Below are positions 45,727 to 53,598 of a DNA stretch of 63,232 bases, one piece after another. Below the pieces are notes generated by a model. The model was not told the DNA's origin, made no database searches, and saw only the letters and a list, made by a program, of their open reading frames with translations. Position 1 is the stretch's first letter; every line of letters starts with the position of its first letter. This DNA comes from Acidimicrobiales bacterium (GTDB lineage: Bacteria > Actinomycetota > Acidimicrobiia > Acidimicrobiales > CAVXTF01). The position numbers and the translations under genes are program-made. The stretch lies in contig JBAPRR010000455.1 in the NCBI GenBank assembly GCA_049281195.1, positions 1 through 63,232 on the forward strand, given 5' to 3'.

Positions 45727-46797
45727 GTGACCTCCCCCGAGCCGGTCCGGCTACAGGAACCCCAGGCGGTACTCACCCCGCTCACCGCGGCTGCGATCTT
45801 CCTGGTGGCGACCATCAATCAAGGTGCCGAAGAAGTCGTCCGCGAGCTTTTGGCCGACATTTCGGGTCTCGAACGCACGGTCGGGTTCAGGGTTCCGACA
45901 GCCGGGCTCGCCCTGGTGACAGGTATCGGCTCAGAAGCTTGGGATCGGCTGTTCGCCGGGCCCCGGCCGAAAGAGCTTCACCCGTTCAAAGAGCTCCGTG
46001 GCGAGAAGCATCACGCTCCGTCAACACCGGGAGACCTGCTCTTCCACATTCGCTCCGAGCAGACGGACCTCTCTTTCGAACTCGCCACTCAGATCGCAGA
46101 CCGGCTGGTCGACGCCACATCGGTGGTGGACGAGGTGCACGGGTTCAAGTACTTCGACGACCGCGATCTACTCGGCTTCGTCGACGGGACGGAGAATCCG
46201 ACGGGCGCGGCGGCCGAGGCTGCTGTCACAGTGGGCTCGGAGGACCCGGACTTCACCGGATCGAGCTACGTCATTGTGCAGAAGTATCTGCACAACATGA
46301 AAGGCTGGAATGTCCTGAGCACCGAGGCACAGGAGAATGTCGTGGGCCGGCGTAAGCTTTCGAACGTCGAGCTTGCCGACGATGTTAAGCCCAGCAACTC
46401 CCACGTTGCTCTGAACACGATCATCGATTCCGACGGCACGCAACGCCAGATCCTCCGCGACAACATGGCCTTCGGAAACGTCGGACGGTCCGAGTTCGGA
46501 ACCTTTTTCATCGGATACGCCTCAACGCCGAGCGTCACCGAGAGAATGCTTGAGAACATGTTCATCGGTGATCCCCCCGGCAACTATGACCGGATCCTCG
46601 ACTTTTCGACTGCCGAGACCGGAAGCTTGTTCTTCGTCCCGACCGCAGCCTTCCTCGACGACCTTCCCCCCGCCCCCGGCGACACTCCGACGCTCGTTGA
46701 AGTCGATAGCTCCGCCAATGGATCGGGTTCCCCTCCTAGCGGTCCGAGCGCCGACGGTTCGCTCGGGATCGCCGGATTGAAGGGGCGTTCGGGGTAA
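45727..46797 (+). CDS. Dye-decolorizing (DyP-type) haem peroxidase with an encapsulin-type C-terminal targeting peptide
   Basis: GXXDG motif GFVDGTENP, SNSHVAL proximal-His region, and RDNMAFG. The Pro/Gly/Ser-rich tail ends in DGSLGIAGLKGRSG (46753-46794). Confidence 0.92.
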   Translation: MTSPEPVRLQEPQAVLTPLTAAAIFLVATINQGAEEVVRELLADISGLERTVGFRVPTAGLALVTGIGSEAWDRLFAGPRPKELHPFKELRGEKHHAPSTPGDLLFHIRSEQTDLSFELATQIADRLVDATSVVDEVHGFKYFDDRDLLGFVDGTENPTGAAAEAAVTVGSEDPDFTGSSYVIVQKYLHNMKGWNVLSTEAQENVVGRRKLSNVELADDVKPSNSHVALNTIIDSDGTQRQILRDNMAFGNVGRSEFGTFFIGYASTPSVTERMLENMFIGDPPGNYDRILDFSTAETGSLFFVPTAAFLDDLPPAPGDTPTLVEVDSSANGSGSPPSGPSADGSLGIAGLKGRSG

Positions 46798-46806
46798 GCC
46801 GGGAAA

Positions 46807-48108
46807 GTGGAATTCCCTACAAGCGGCTGGATCGGACCGGTGACAGACCCGCGGCCGGGACTTTTGGGGAACGCCGAATGCGATGTGGCGGTGATCGGGG
46901 GCGGGCTGACCGGCATGGTGGCGGCCCTCCGACTGGCCGAACGCGGGATCGACGTATCTGTTCTCGAATCGAAGTTCTGTGGTTGGGGGTCGAGCTCGCG
47001 AAATGCAGGCCACCTCACCCCCACGATCGCCGGTGACCCGCAGGTACTGGCAACCGTTTATCGCCGCCGTGCCCCCGAGCTCATCCGCATGGCAGACAAT
47101 GCCGTGCATTTTGCCGAGAAGATGATCGAGCGCCTCGACATCGAATGTGAGTACGACGCCACGGGGAACGTGTCGGCCGCGTTGACACGAGGACAGCTGA
47201 GACGATCTGAACGAATTGCCCACATACTGCGCAATGCCGGTGGAGAGGTCGATTTCGTGATGGGTAACGAGTGGGGCCTTCCCCCCGCATTTGTCGGCGG
47301 GGTCCTCGAGCGGTCCGGTGGGATCCTGAATCCGGGCAAGCTCGCCCGCGGTGTCCGCGACGTGGTTCTGGCATCGAACGCCAAGGTGTACGAGCAGACC
47401 CCCGTCGAGGTGCTGGACTCCGACAACACGGGAGTCCGTCTCCGGACCCCGTGCGGACAAATCAGAGCAGGGCGGGCACTCCTTGCGACCAACGCTTATA
47501 CCCGCGATCTTTCCTTCGGCCCCGATCGAGTCGTTGCTCCACTGTGGGTCACCCTGGCGGAGACCGAGCCGATCGATGTGGAACGCATCCGTGAGACAGG
47601 ATGGTCGAGTCGCTCGGGTGTTTACACCCAACACCTGATCCTAGAGAACTACCGGCTAACTCCCAGAAATACCATCGTCTTCGGCACGCGCTTCGTCCAG
47701 TCTCCTCATGGTGCGCTGGCCGACCGGCTACCTGATCGAGCGGTGGTCGCCGATCTGATCACCGGTTTCCGTGACCGTTTTCCGACGTTGCACGATGTCG
47801 AAGTTCACACGGCATGGAGTGGATGGATAGCGATGACGCCTTCGTGGCTGCCCGTTGCCGGTGAGGTCTCTCCGAACATCTTTTACGCAATGGGCTACAA
47901 CGGTCACGGCCTGGCCCAGGCTCCTTACCTCGGCACGTTATTGGCAGACAGGATCGCCGGCGACTCCCCGCACGATGACCTCGAGGTGCTGTGGCGAAAA
48001 CGCAAGCGTTTTGCGGCGGCGCCGATGTTCAGCTCTCCGGCGCTGAAGATCGGATGGAAAGTGGACCGGACGTTCGATCGTCTGGCCGAACGTCGGAGTC
48101 CAAAGTGA
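46807..48108 (+). CDS. FAD-dependent oxidoreductase (DAO family)
   Basis: DVAVIGGGLTGM dinucleotide-binding loop near the N-terminus. 433 aa, DAO-like layout. Confidence 0.85.
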   Translation: MEFPTSGWIGPVTDPRPGLLGNAECDVAVIGGGLTGMVAALRLAERGIDVSVLESKFCGWGSSSRNAGHLTPTIAGDPQVLATVYRRRAPELIRMADNAVHFAEKMIERLDIECEYDATGNVSAALTRGQLRRSERIAHILRNAGGEVDFVMGNEWGLPPAFVGGVLERSGGILNPGKLARGVRDVVLASNAKVYEQTPVEVLDSDNTGVRLRTPCGQIRAGRALLATNAYTRDLSFGPDRVVAPLWVTLAETEPIDVERIRETGWSSRSGVYTQHLILENYRLTPRNTIVFGTRFVQSPHGALADRLPDRAVVADLITGFRDRFPTLHDVEVHTAWSGWIAMTPSWLPVAGEVSPNIFYAMGYNGHGLAQAPYLGTLLADRIAGDSPHDDLEVLWRKRKRFAAAPMFSSPALKIGWKVDRTFDRLAERRSPK

Positions 48109-48145
48109 CACAATCGCCGAGCTTCAACTCACTGGAGGAACCCGG

Positions 48146-49132
48146 GTGAGCACGATCCTCGTCACAGGCGGAACCGGCCTCACCGGTGCGAACATCTGCG
48201 AGCAACTCATAAGACGCGGCGACAAGGTCCGGACGCTCGTAAGGGACCCACAGCAGGCGGCTGAACTCAGCGCGATCGGTGTCGACCTTGTCCAGGGCGA
48301 CATTGTCAACGCCGACGACGTTCTTAGAGCGGGCGAAGGATGTGAAGCGGCCATCCACACTGCGGCGTTGCTCGGCGGAGCCAGTCAGAACATCGACGAC
48401 TTCCTTGCCGTCAACGTGGTCGGCACCATCAACGTTTTGGATGCAGGCGAATCTCTGGGCATGAGGCGTGTCGTCGCGCTCAGCACGAGCACGTTCTTCG
48501 ATCTCAGCTACCCGGGGCACTACGAAGAAGCTCCCCTGTCGGCCCATCCGTCCGAGGACCCGTATACCGTCACCAAGCTTGCGGCCTTCCGAGCGGTTCA
48601 CGAACGCGCCGCGGCGGGTCAAGACGTTCTCACTTGTCATCCCGGCGCCATATTCGGCCCGAGCCAGGTGGTCCGCAGGGCGCTTCATCCCACCAGCTTC
48701 AACGCAGTTCTTCGCGCAGCCATCCGCGGCCGCATCCCTGCCTATCTGAAATTCCCGGTGTGGTGGGTCGCAGTCTCCGACGTGGCGTCAGGTTCGATCG
48801 CGGCCTTGGATCGAGGCGTGGCCGGGGAGCGTTACTGGCTCACAGGCCGCCCCGAAGACCAGATTTCGACCGCTGCCGGCTGCAACCGTGCCTGCGAGAT
48901 CGCCGGCGTGGAGAACCGCGTTGAAGACCTCGACTACCGCTCCGACCCCGAGCAGCTCACCAAAACGTTCGGCCCGACTCTGATGGCGATCGCCGAGTCG
49001 GCACACAGTGAGGTCCGGACCCCGCGCTCGGTCCCGAATCCGACTTCCGAACGCCTCGGTTACGCCCCTATCAGCCTCGACCAAGGTCTCGCCATGCTGG
49101 TCACGTGGCTTCGTGAGCAGGAAAAGATCTGA
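48146..49132 (+). CDS. NAD-dependent epimerase/dehydratase (extended SDR)
   Basis: ILVTGGTGLTGANI, and YTVTK (YxxxK). Confidence 0.85.
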   Translation: MSTILVTGGTGLTGANICEQLIRRGDKVRTLVRDPQQAAELSAIGVDLVQGDIVNADDVLRAGEGCEAAIHTAALLGGASQNIDDFLAVNVVGTINVLDAGESLGMRRVVALSTSTFFDLSYPGHYEEAPLSAHPSEDPYTVTKLAAFRAVHERAAAGQDVLTCHPGAIFGPSQVVRRALHPTSFNAVLRAAIRGRIPAYLKFPVWWVAVSDVASGSIAALDRGVAGERYWLTGRPEDQISTAAGCNRACEIAGVENRVEDLDYRSDPEQLTKTFGPTLMAIAESAHSEVRTPRSVPNPTSERLGYAPISLDQGLAMLVTWLREQEKI

Positions 49133-49157
49133 CCGTGATGAAAGGCCTGGAATAGAC

Positions 49158-49964
49158 GTGGTGCTCGACCCGAATTCGGCCCGGCTCGACGGAATGGTGG
49201 CCGTCATAACCGGTGGTGGTTCCGGCATCGGACGCGGGATCGCCAACGGCATTCACGCCTTCGGCGCAGAGGTGGCTATCTGGGAGCGGGATCCCGATAC
49301 CTCCCGAGCCGCGGCAGATGAAGTCGACGGGCTTTCAGTTCCCACTGATGTGCGCGCCGGAGATCAGGTGGAGAATGCTTTAGCGGCGACGATCGACCGC
49401 TTCGGTACGGTCGACATTCTCGTGAACAACGCTGGTGGCGTTTTCGTCTCACCATTCCTCGAAACGAGCGAGAACGGGTTCGATGCGCTCTACCGCTCAA
49501 ACCTCAAGCACGTTCTTCTTTGCACCAAGGCGGTTGCGAAACACATGGTCGCGGCCGGCCACGGTGGAGCAATCATCAACATCACCTCGATCGAAGGCGT
49601 GCGGGCGGCTCCGATGTTCGCCGCTTACGCCGCCGCCAAGGCTGGAGTGATCAACCTCACGAAAACGCTGGCGCTCGAGCTCGCTCCGCACGACATCCGC
49701 GTCAATGCCATCGCGCCGGACATCACGATCACCGAGAGTCTTCTGGCGTTTGCGCCACCGGCGGCGACGGAGCGTCTGGGTCTCACCGTTCCGTTGGGCC
49801 GTGCCGGTCACGTCGACGAATGCGCAGGAGCCGCCGTCTTTCTTGCATCGCGCCTTTCGAGCTACGTGACCGGACACACCCTGCACGTCGATGGCGGTAC
49901 TGCCGCGTCGATGGGCTGGTATCACCACCCCGGTGACGGGCACTACGTGTACGGCCCTTACTGA
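49158..49964 (+). CDS. Classical SDR-family oxidoreductase
   Basis: GTG 49158 is preferred because the longer track ORF overlaps the previous gene. VITGGGSGIGRG, NNAG, YAAAKAG. Confidence 0.88.
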   Translation: MVLDPNSARLDGMVAVITGGGSGIGRGIANGIHAFGAEVAIWERDPDTSRAAADEVDGLSVPTDVRAGDQVENALAATIDRFGTVDILVNNAGGVFVSPFLETSENGFDALYRSNLKHVLLCTKAVAKHMVAAGHGGAIINITSIEGVRAAPMFAAYAAAKAGVINLTKTLALELAPHDIRVNAIAPDITITESLLAFAPPAATERLGLTVPLGRAGHVDECAGAAVFLASRLSSYVTGHTLHVDGGTAASMGWYHHPGDGHYVYGPY

Positions 49965-50012
49965 AGCTCGGGCAAGGGTTCAACGCCCGCACCGTCGCAC
50001 GGCGGCGGCCGT

Positions 50013-50039
50013 TGTCACAAAACAGAGCTCTGGCGGGTC
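50013..50039 (+). promoter_or_regulatory. ECF41-type promoter motif upstream of the CMD gene
   Basis: TGTCACA (50013-50019), N16, GGTC (50036-50039). As I recall it, the published ECF41 target consensus is TGTCACA-N16-CGTC. It lies 43 nt upstream of ATG 50082. Confidence 0.55.
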
Positions 50040-50081
50040 ATACCTGTGACAGAACGAAACGGATCTGACAAGGAGAGACCG

Positions 50082-50564
50082 ATGGAAGCTCGAATGAACA
50101 ATCCGCTGGTAAGTGTCCCTGGAGCCATGAGCGCCATGTACGCCCTGGGTAAGGCAGCGAGCCGCAGCTCCCTTCCCCAGTCCACGATCAATCTCGTTCA
50201 CCTGCGGGTGAGCCAGATCAACGGCTGCAGCGTCTGCGTCGACATTCACTCGCGCGATATGAAAAAGGCAGGAGAGTCAGAAGAGCGGATCTTCTTGGCG
50301 TCTGCATGGCGCGAAGCGCCGTACTTCACAGACGCAGAGAGGGCCGCACTCGATCTCGCCGAAGCAATGACCCGTCTCTCAGATCGTACCGACCCTGTTA
50401 CCGACGCCATCTTCGCCGAGGCGGCCTCACACTTCGACCAGGAGTCGCTGGCTGCGCTCATCATCCAGATCGCGGCCATCAATGTGTGGAACCGGGTGAA
50501 CGTCGCCACCAGGCAGCCGGCTGGAGAATGGACCGGCTCGGTCTCTGAAGACAAGGCGAGCTGA
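50082..50564 (+). CDS. Carboxymuconolactone decarboxylase (CMD) / AhpD-like alkylhydroperoxidase family protein
   Basis: AhpD-type CxxC motif INGCSVCVDIH. ATG 50082 is preceded by AAGGAG (50070-50075). Confidence 0.88.
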   Translation: MEARMNNPLVSVPGAMSAMYALGKAASRSSLPQSTINLVHLRVSQINGCSVCVDIHSRDMKKAGESEERIFLASAWREAPYFTDAERAALDLAEAMTRLSDRTDPVTDAIFAEAASHFDQESLAALIIQIAAINVWNRVNVATRQPAGEWTGSVSEDKAS

Positions 50565-50609
50565 GATCGCCGCGTTCTCTTCGTATGTCCCGGGAGAGCA
50601 TCAGGTGCA

Positions 50610-50636
50610 TGTCACAGCGAACCGAGTTGCGGTGTC
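50610..50636 (+). promoter_or_regulatory. ECF41-type promoter motif upstream of the sigma gene (putative autoregulation)
   Basis: TGTCACA (50610-50616), N16, TGTC (50633-50636). A second TGTCACA at 50633-50639 overlaps the -10 element. Confidence 0.4.
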
Positions 50637-50672
50637 ACATATACGACACCCTGCGAATCGGGAGTGTGACCG

Positions 50673-51560
50673 ATGAATGACTCAGACTGGCTGTCTGATG
50701 TGTTCGAGAACAACCGGACCCGCCTGCGGGCGATCGCTTACAACATGCTCGGTTCGTTGTCACAGGCCGACGATGCCGTTCAACAATCCTGGATCCGCCT
50801 CAGCCGGGCAGGCACGAGCGAAGTCGAGAATCTTCCGGCGTGGCTGACCACGATCGTGGTCCGGGTGTGTCTCAACCTGCTTCGTTCGCACAGAGCCCGG
50901 CGCGAGGAACCGATGGGATTTCACGTGCCTGATCCGGTAGTCAGCCCTGCGGACCAAAGGAGTCCTGAGGACGAGGCGATATTGGCCGATTCGGTAGGTC
51001 TGGCGCTTCAGGTGGTGCTCGAAACGTTGACTCCAGCCGAGCGGCTGGCGTTTGTGCTCCACGACATGTTCGATCTGCCGTTCGACGAGATCGCTCCCAT
51101 GCTCGGCCGAACCGCCGCCACCACCAGGCAGCTCGCCAGCCGGGCCCGGCGACGAGTGCGCGAAGCCGACGTTCAAGCTCCCGAAACCGATGTCGCTCGC
51201 CAGCGCAAGGTAGTGGACGCCTTCTTCCAAGCGGCGCACATGGGCGACCTCGAGGCCCTGGTGGCAGTTTTGGATCCGGATGTATTGCTGCGAACCGACG
51301 GAGGAACCGCGCTGCCGGAAGCTTCTGTCGTGATCCGCGGTGCCAAGGAGGTAGCCGGTCGCACCCTCGGAATCGCCCAGGCGTCTGCTCCAAAAATGCC
51401 CGTCCTGGTCAACGGGGCGGCGGGTGTGGTCGTACTGCTGGACAGGCGGCCGGTCGCCGTCATCGGCTTCACCGTCTCTGACGGGAAGATCGTGCAAATC
51501 AACTCGATCGCCGACCCGGAACGTATCGAGCGCCTCGACTTGGGTTTCCTCGACCGCTAA
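50673..51560 (+). CDS. ECF sigma factor with a fused C-terminal NTF2/SnoaL-like domain (ECF41 / SigJ-like)
   Basis: Region 2 DDAVQQSWIRL...AWLTTIVVRVCLNLLR. Region 4 ERLAFVLHDMFDLPFDEIAPMLGRTAATTRQLASRARRRV. A C-terminal extension of about 110 aa. No anti-sigma gene adjacent. CMD neighbour. Confidence 0.88.
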   Translation: MNDSDWLSDVFENNRTRLRAIAYNMLGSLSQADDAVQQSWIRLSRAGTSEVENLPAWLTTIVVRVCLNLLRSHRARREEPMGFHVPDPVVSPADQRSPEDEAILADSVGLALQVVLETLTPAERLAFVLHDMFDLPFDEIAPMLGRTAATTRQLASRARRRVREADVQAPETDVARQRKVVDAFFQAAHMGDLEALVAVLDPDVLLRTDGGTALPEASVVIRGAKEVAGRTLGIAQASAPKMPVLVNGAAGVVVLLDRRPVAVIGFTVSDGKIVQINSIADPERIERLDLGFLDR

Positions 51561-52087
51561 CGGACGGGGACACTGGCCGAGATCCGCGGCGTGGCCTCCG
51601 ACGCCCACCTCCTCACGATGGCGTCGAGGTTGGGGAACTGGGATTCGGTCACGTAAAGGCCCTGGCTCGGGGTTGATGCCCCCAATTCCGTGAGCAGAGG
51701 GCGAAGGTGCACCTCGAGGGCGAGCGTATGTACTGGCGCCGCACCAGTCATAACGGGTATGGCGACCACGCCGGCCAGGGCATTGGATCCGTAACGATCG
51801 AAGAACGACTTCAGCAGGCCGGTATAGCTCGCCTTGAAGGTCGGCGAAGCGACGATCAGCAGGTCACTGCTCGCAACGCTGTCGGTGAGCTTGCGGAGGG
51901 CCTCTGAATTCGGGTCGAAGATCTCTCCTGCATATTCGGCGAGATCCACCACCAGAAGTCCCGCAGTCACTTTCAGGCCCGAGACGACAGCTTCCGCGAT
52001 TGCGTTGGCCACGCCGAGAGTTCTCGAACCGGGCTTCGGGTTGCCTACCACCACGGAGACATTCAGCACAGCGGAACGATCGCTCAT
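51557..52087 (-). CDS. NADPH-dependent FMN reductase (SsuE/MsuE-like)
   Basis: Start at ATG 52087, overlapping the upstream stop (ATGA). VSVVVGNPKPGSRT and ASPTFKASYTGLLKSFFD. Confidence 0.85.
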   Translation of the reverse strand: MSDRSAVLNVSVVVGNPKPGSRTLGVANAIAEAVVSGLKVTAGLLVVDLAEYAGEIFDPNSEALRKLTDSVASSDLLIVASPTFKASYTGLLKSFFDRYGSNALAGVVAIPVMTGAAPVHTLALEVHLRPLLTELGASTPSQGLYVTESQFPNLDAIVRRWASEATPRISASVPVR

Positions 52088-53298
52088 GACGGTGAGGTCG
52101 CCGCAAGTTCGGATGGTCTGGTATCGCGCGCCGGTTGTCCTGATGTCGGAGCGAAGGGAACGCTTGCCGAAACCCGGGACGAGGATCCGATCGTCTGCTC
52201 TGGAAAGTCCCACAGGCCGCGCTGTTTCAGAACCGGCAGCACGCCCTCGCCGAACCAGTACGCCTCCTCCAGGTGCGGATAGCCCGACAGGATGAACTCG
52301 CCGATTCCCAGACGGGCGTACTCCTCGATACGGTCAGCTACTTCGGTATGGCTGCCGACAAGTGCTGTGCCCGCGCCCCCCCGAACCAAGCCGACCCCCG
52401 CCCACAGGTTGGGCGAGACCTCCAGATTGTCGATCGAACCCGAATGAAGCTGGAGCATCCGCCGCTGACCTTCGGACTCGCTTCGGCGCAACCCCTCCTG
52501 AACCTGGGCGATCGTCCGTGTATCGACATGTTCGATGAGCTTGTGGGCCTGGCGCCACGCTTCTTCTGGCGTGTCGCGGGTGATGACGTGAAGGCGAATT
52601 CCGAAGCGCAGGTCGTCACGGCCCTCAGCCTTGGCGAGCGATCTGATCCAGTCCAGCTTCTCAGCGACCGCGGACGGCGGCTCACCCCAGGTCAGGTAGA
52701 CGTCGCAGTACCCGGTGGCCACAGGTCCGGCCGCCTTCGAAGAGCCCCCGAAGTAAAGCGGCGGGACAGGGTCGGGAAGGCCGGTGAGCCGCGCTCCCTC
52801 CACGTGTAGATGCCTGCCTTCGAAGTCGACGGTTTCACCGCTCCACAGCCTTTTGACAATTTCGAGGAACTCGGCGCCTCTCGCGTAGCGATCGTCCTTG
52901 GAGATGAAGTCGCCGTAAGCACGTTGCTCGCTCGCTTCCCCGCCGATAACGACATTCAGGAGGAGCCGGCCTTTCGAGTAATGCTGAAAGGTCGACGCCA
53001 TCTGCGCCGCCAAGGTGGGCGAAACCAGCCCCGGGCGGAAAGCCACCAGGAATTTCAGTCTTTCTGTGACCTCGGTCAACATCGCCGTGGCCAGCCATGC
53101 GTCCTCGCACCATGCACCGGTAGGCGTCAACGCTCCGACGAAACCGAGTTGCTCCGCCGATCTGGCGATCTGTCCCAGGTATGCGATCGAAGACGGCCGC
53201 ATCGAGCCGGCCGTGCCGGAGGCCATCCCGTGCCCGCCACCGACGATGTCGCGCCCGTCACCGCTCGTCGGTAGGAACCAATGAAACTTCAATGACAC
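52084..53298 (-). CDS. LLM-class FMNH2-dependent monooxygenase (alkanesulfonate monooxygenase SsuD-like)
   Basis: N-terminus LKFHWFLPTSGDGR matches the SsuD-type FWFLPTHGDG. GTG 53298, preceded by GGGGG, is the preferred start (TTG 53325 is the alternative). Confidence 0.86.
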   Translation of the reverse strand: MSLKFHWFLPTSGDGRDIVGGGHGMASGTAGSMRPSSIAYLGQIARSAEQLGFVGALTPTGAWCEDAWLATAMLTEVTERLKFLVAFRPGLVSPTLAAQMASTFQHYSKGRLLLNVVIGGEASEQRAYGDFISKDDRYARGAEFLEIVKRLWSGETVDFEGRHLHVEGARLTGLPDPVPPLYFGGSSKAAGPVATGYCDVYLTWGEPPSAVAEKLDWIRSLAKAEGRDDLRFGIRLHVITRDTPEEAWRQAHKLIEHVDTRTIAQVQEGLRRSESEGQRRMLQLHSGSIDNLEVSPNLWAGVGLVRGGAGTALVGSHTEVADRIEEYARLGIGEFILSGYPHLEEAYWFGEGVLPVLKQRGLWDFPEQTIGSSSRVSASVPFAPTSGQPARDTRPSELAATSPS

Positions 53299-53598
53299 CG
53301 GAACCCCCTGGATACTAAGGACCAATTCTGGGTAAATCTATTGGTTTGATCGTATTTAGCACATGCGGCGTCAGTCAACACGGCAGGCTCCCAAACTCCC
53401 CAAAACGGGGCGATCCACAGCTTCTGGAAGAAGCATTACCTGAGCCCGCCGCGAAATGTACGCGTAATTGCGCAATTCCATGGAGGGTCCCCTCAGGCCC
53501 AGGCAGAAGGGCTTTCTGCTCGTTTAACATGTCCGCGAGGCGGTGGCGGAGGAAGCGGGACCTCTCCCTCACTGGGGTAAGTGGCGAGGAGGGGACTT

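Noticed and set aside
46522-47634. 370-aa minus-strand ORF
   Set aside because: It is antisense to the DyP 3' end and the FAD oxidoreductase, and shows no motifs.
46807-48108. Considered as the encapsulin shell gene expected downstream of a cargo-tagged DyP
   Set aside because: The sequence has an N-terminal DVAVIGGGLTGM FAD-binding loop and DAO-family layout, and is 433 aa. It is not an HK97-fold encapsulin (about 265 aa, no Rossmann loop).
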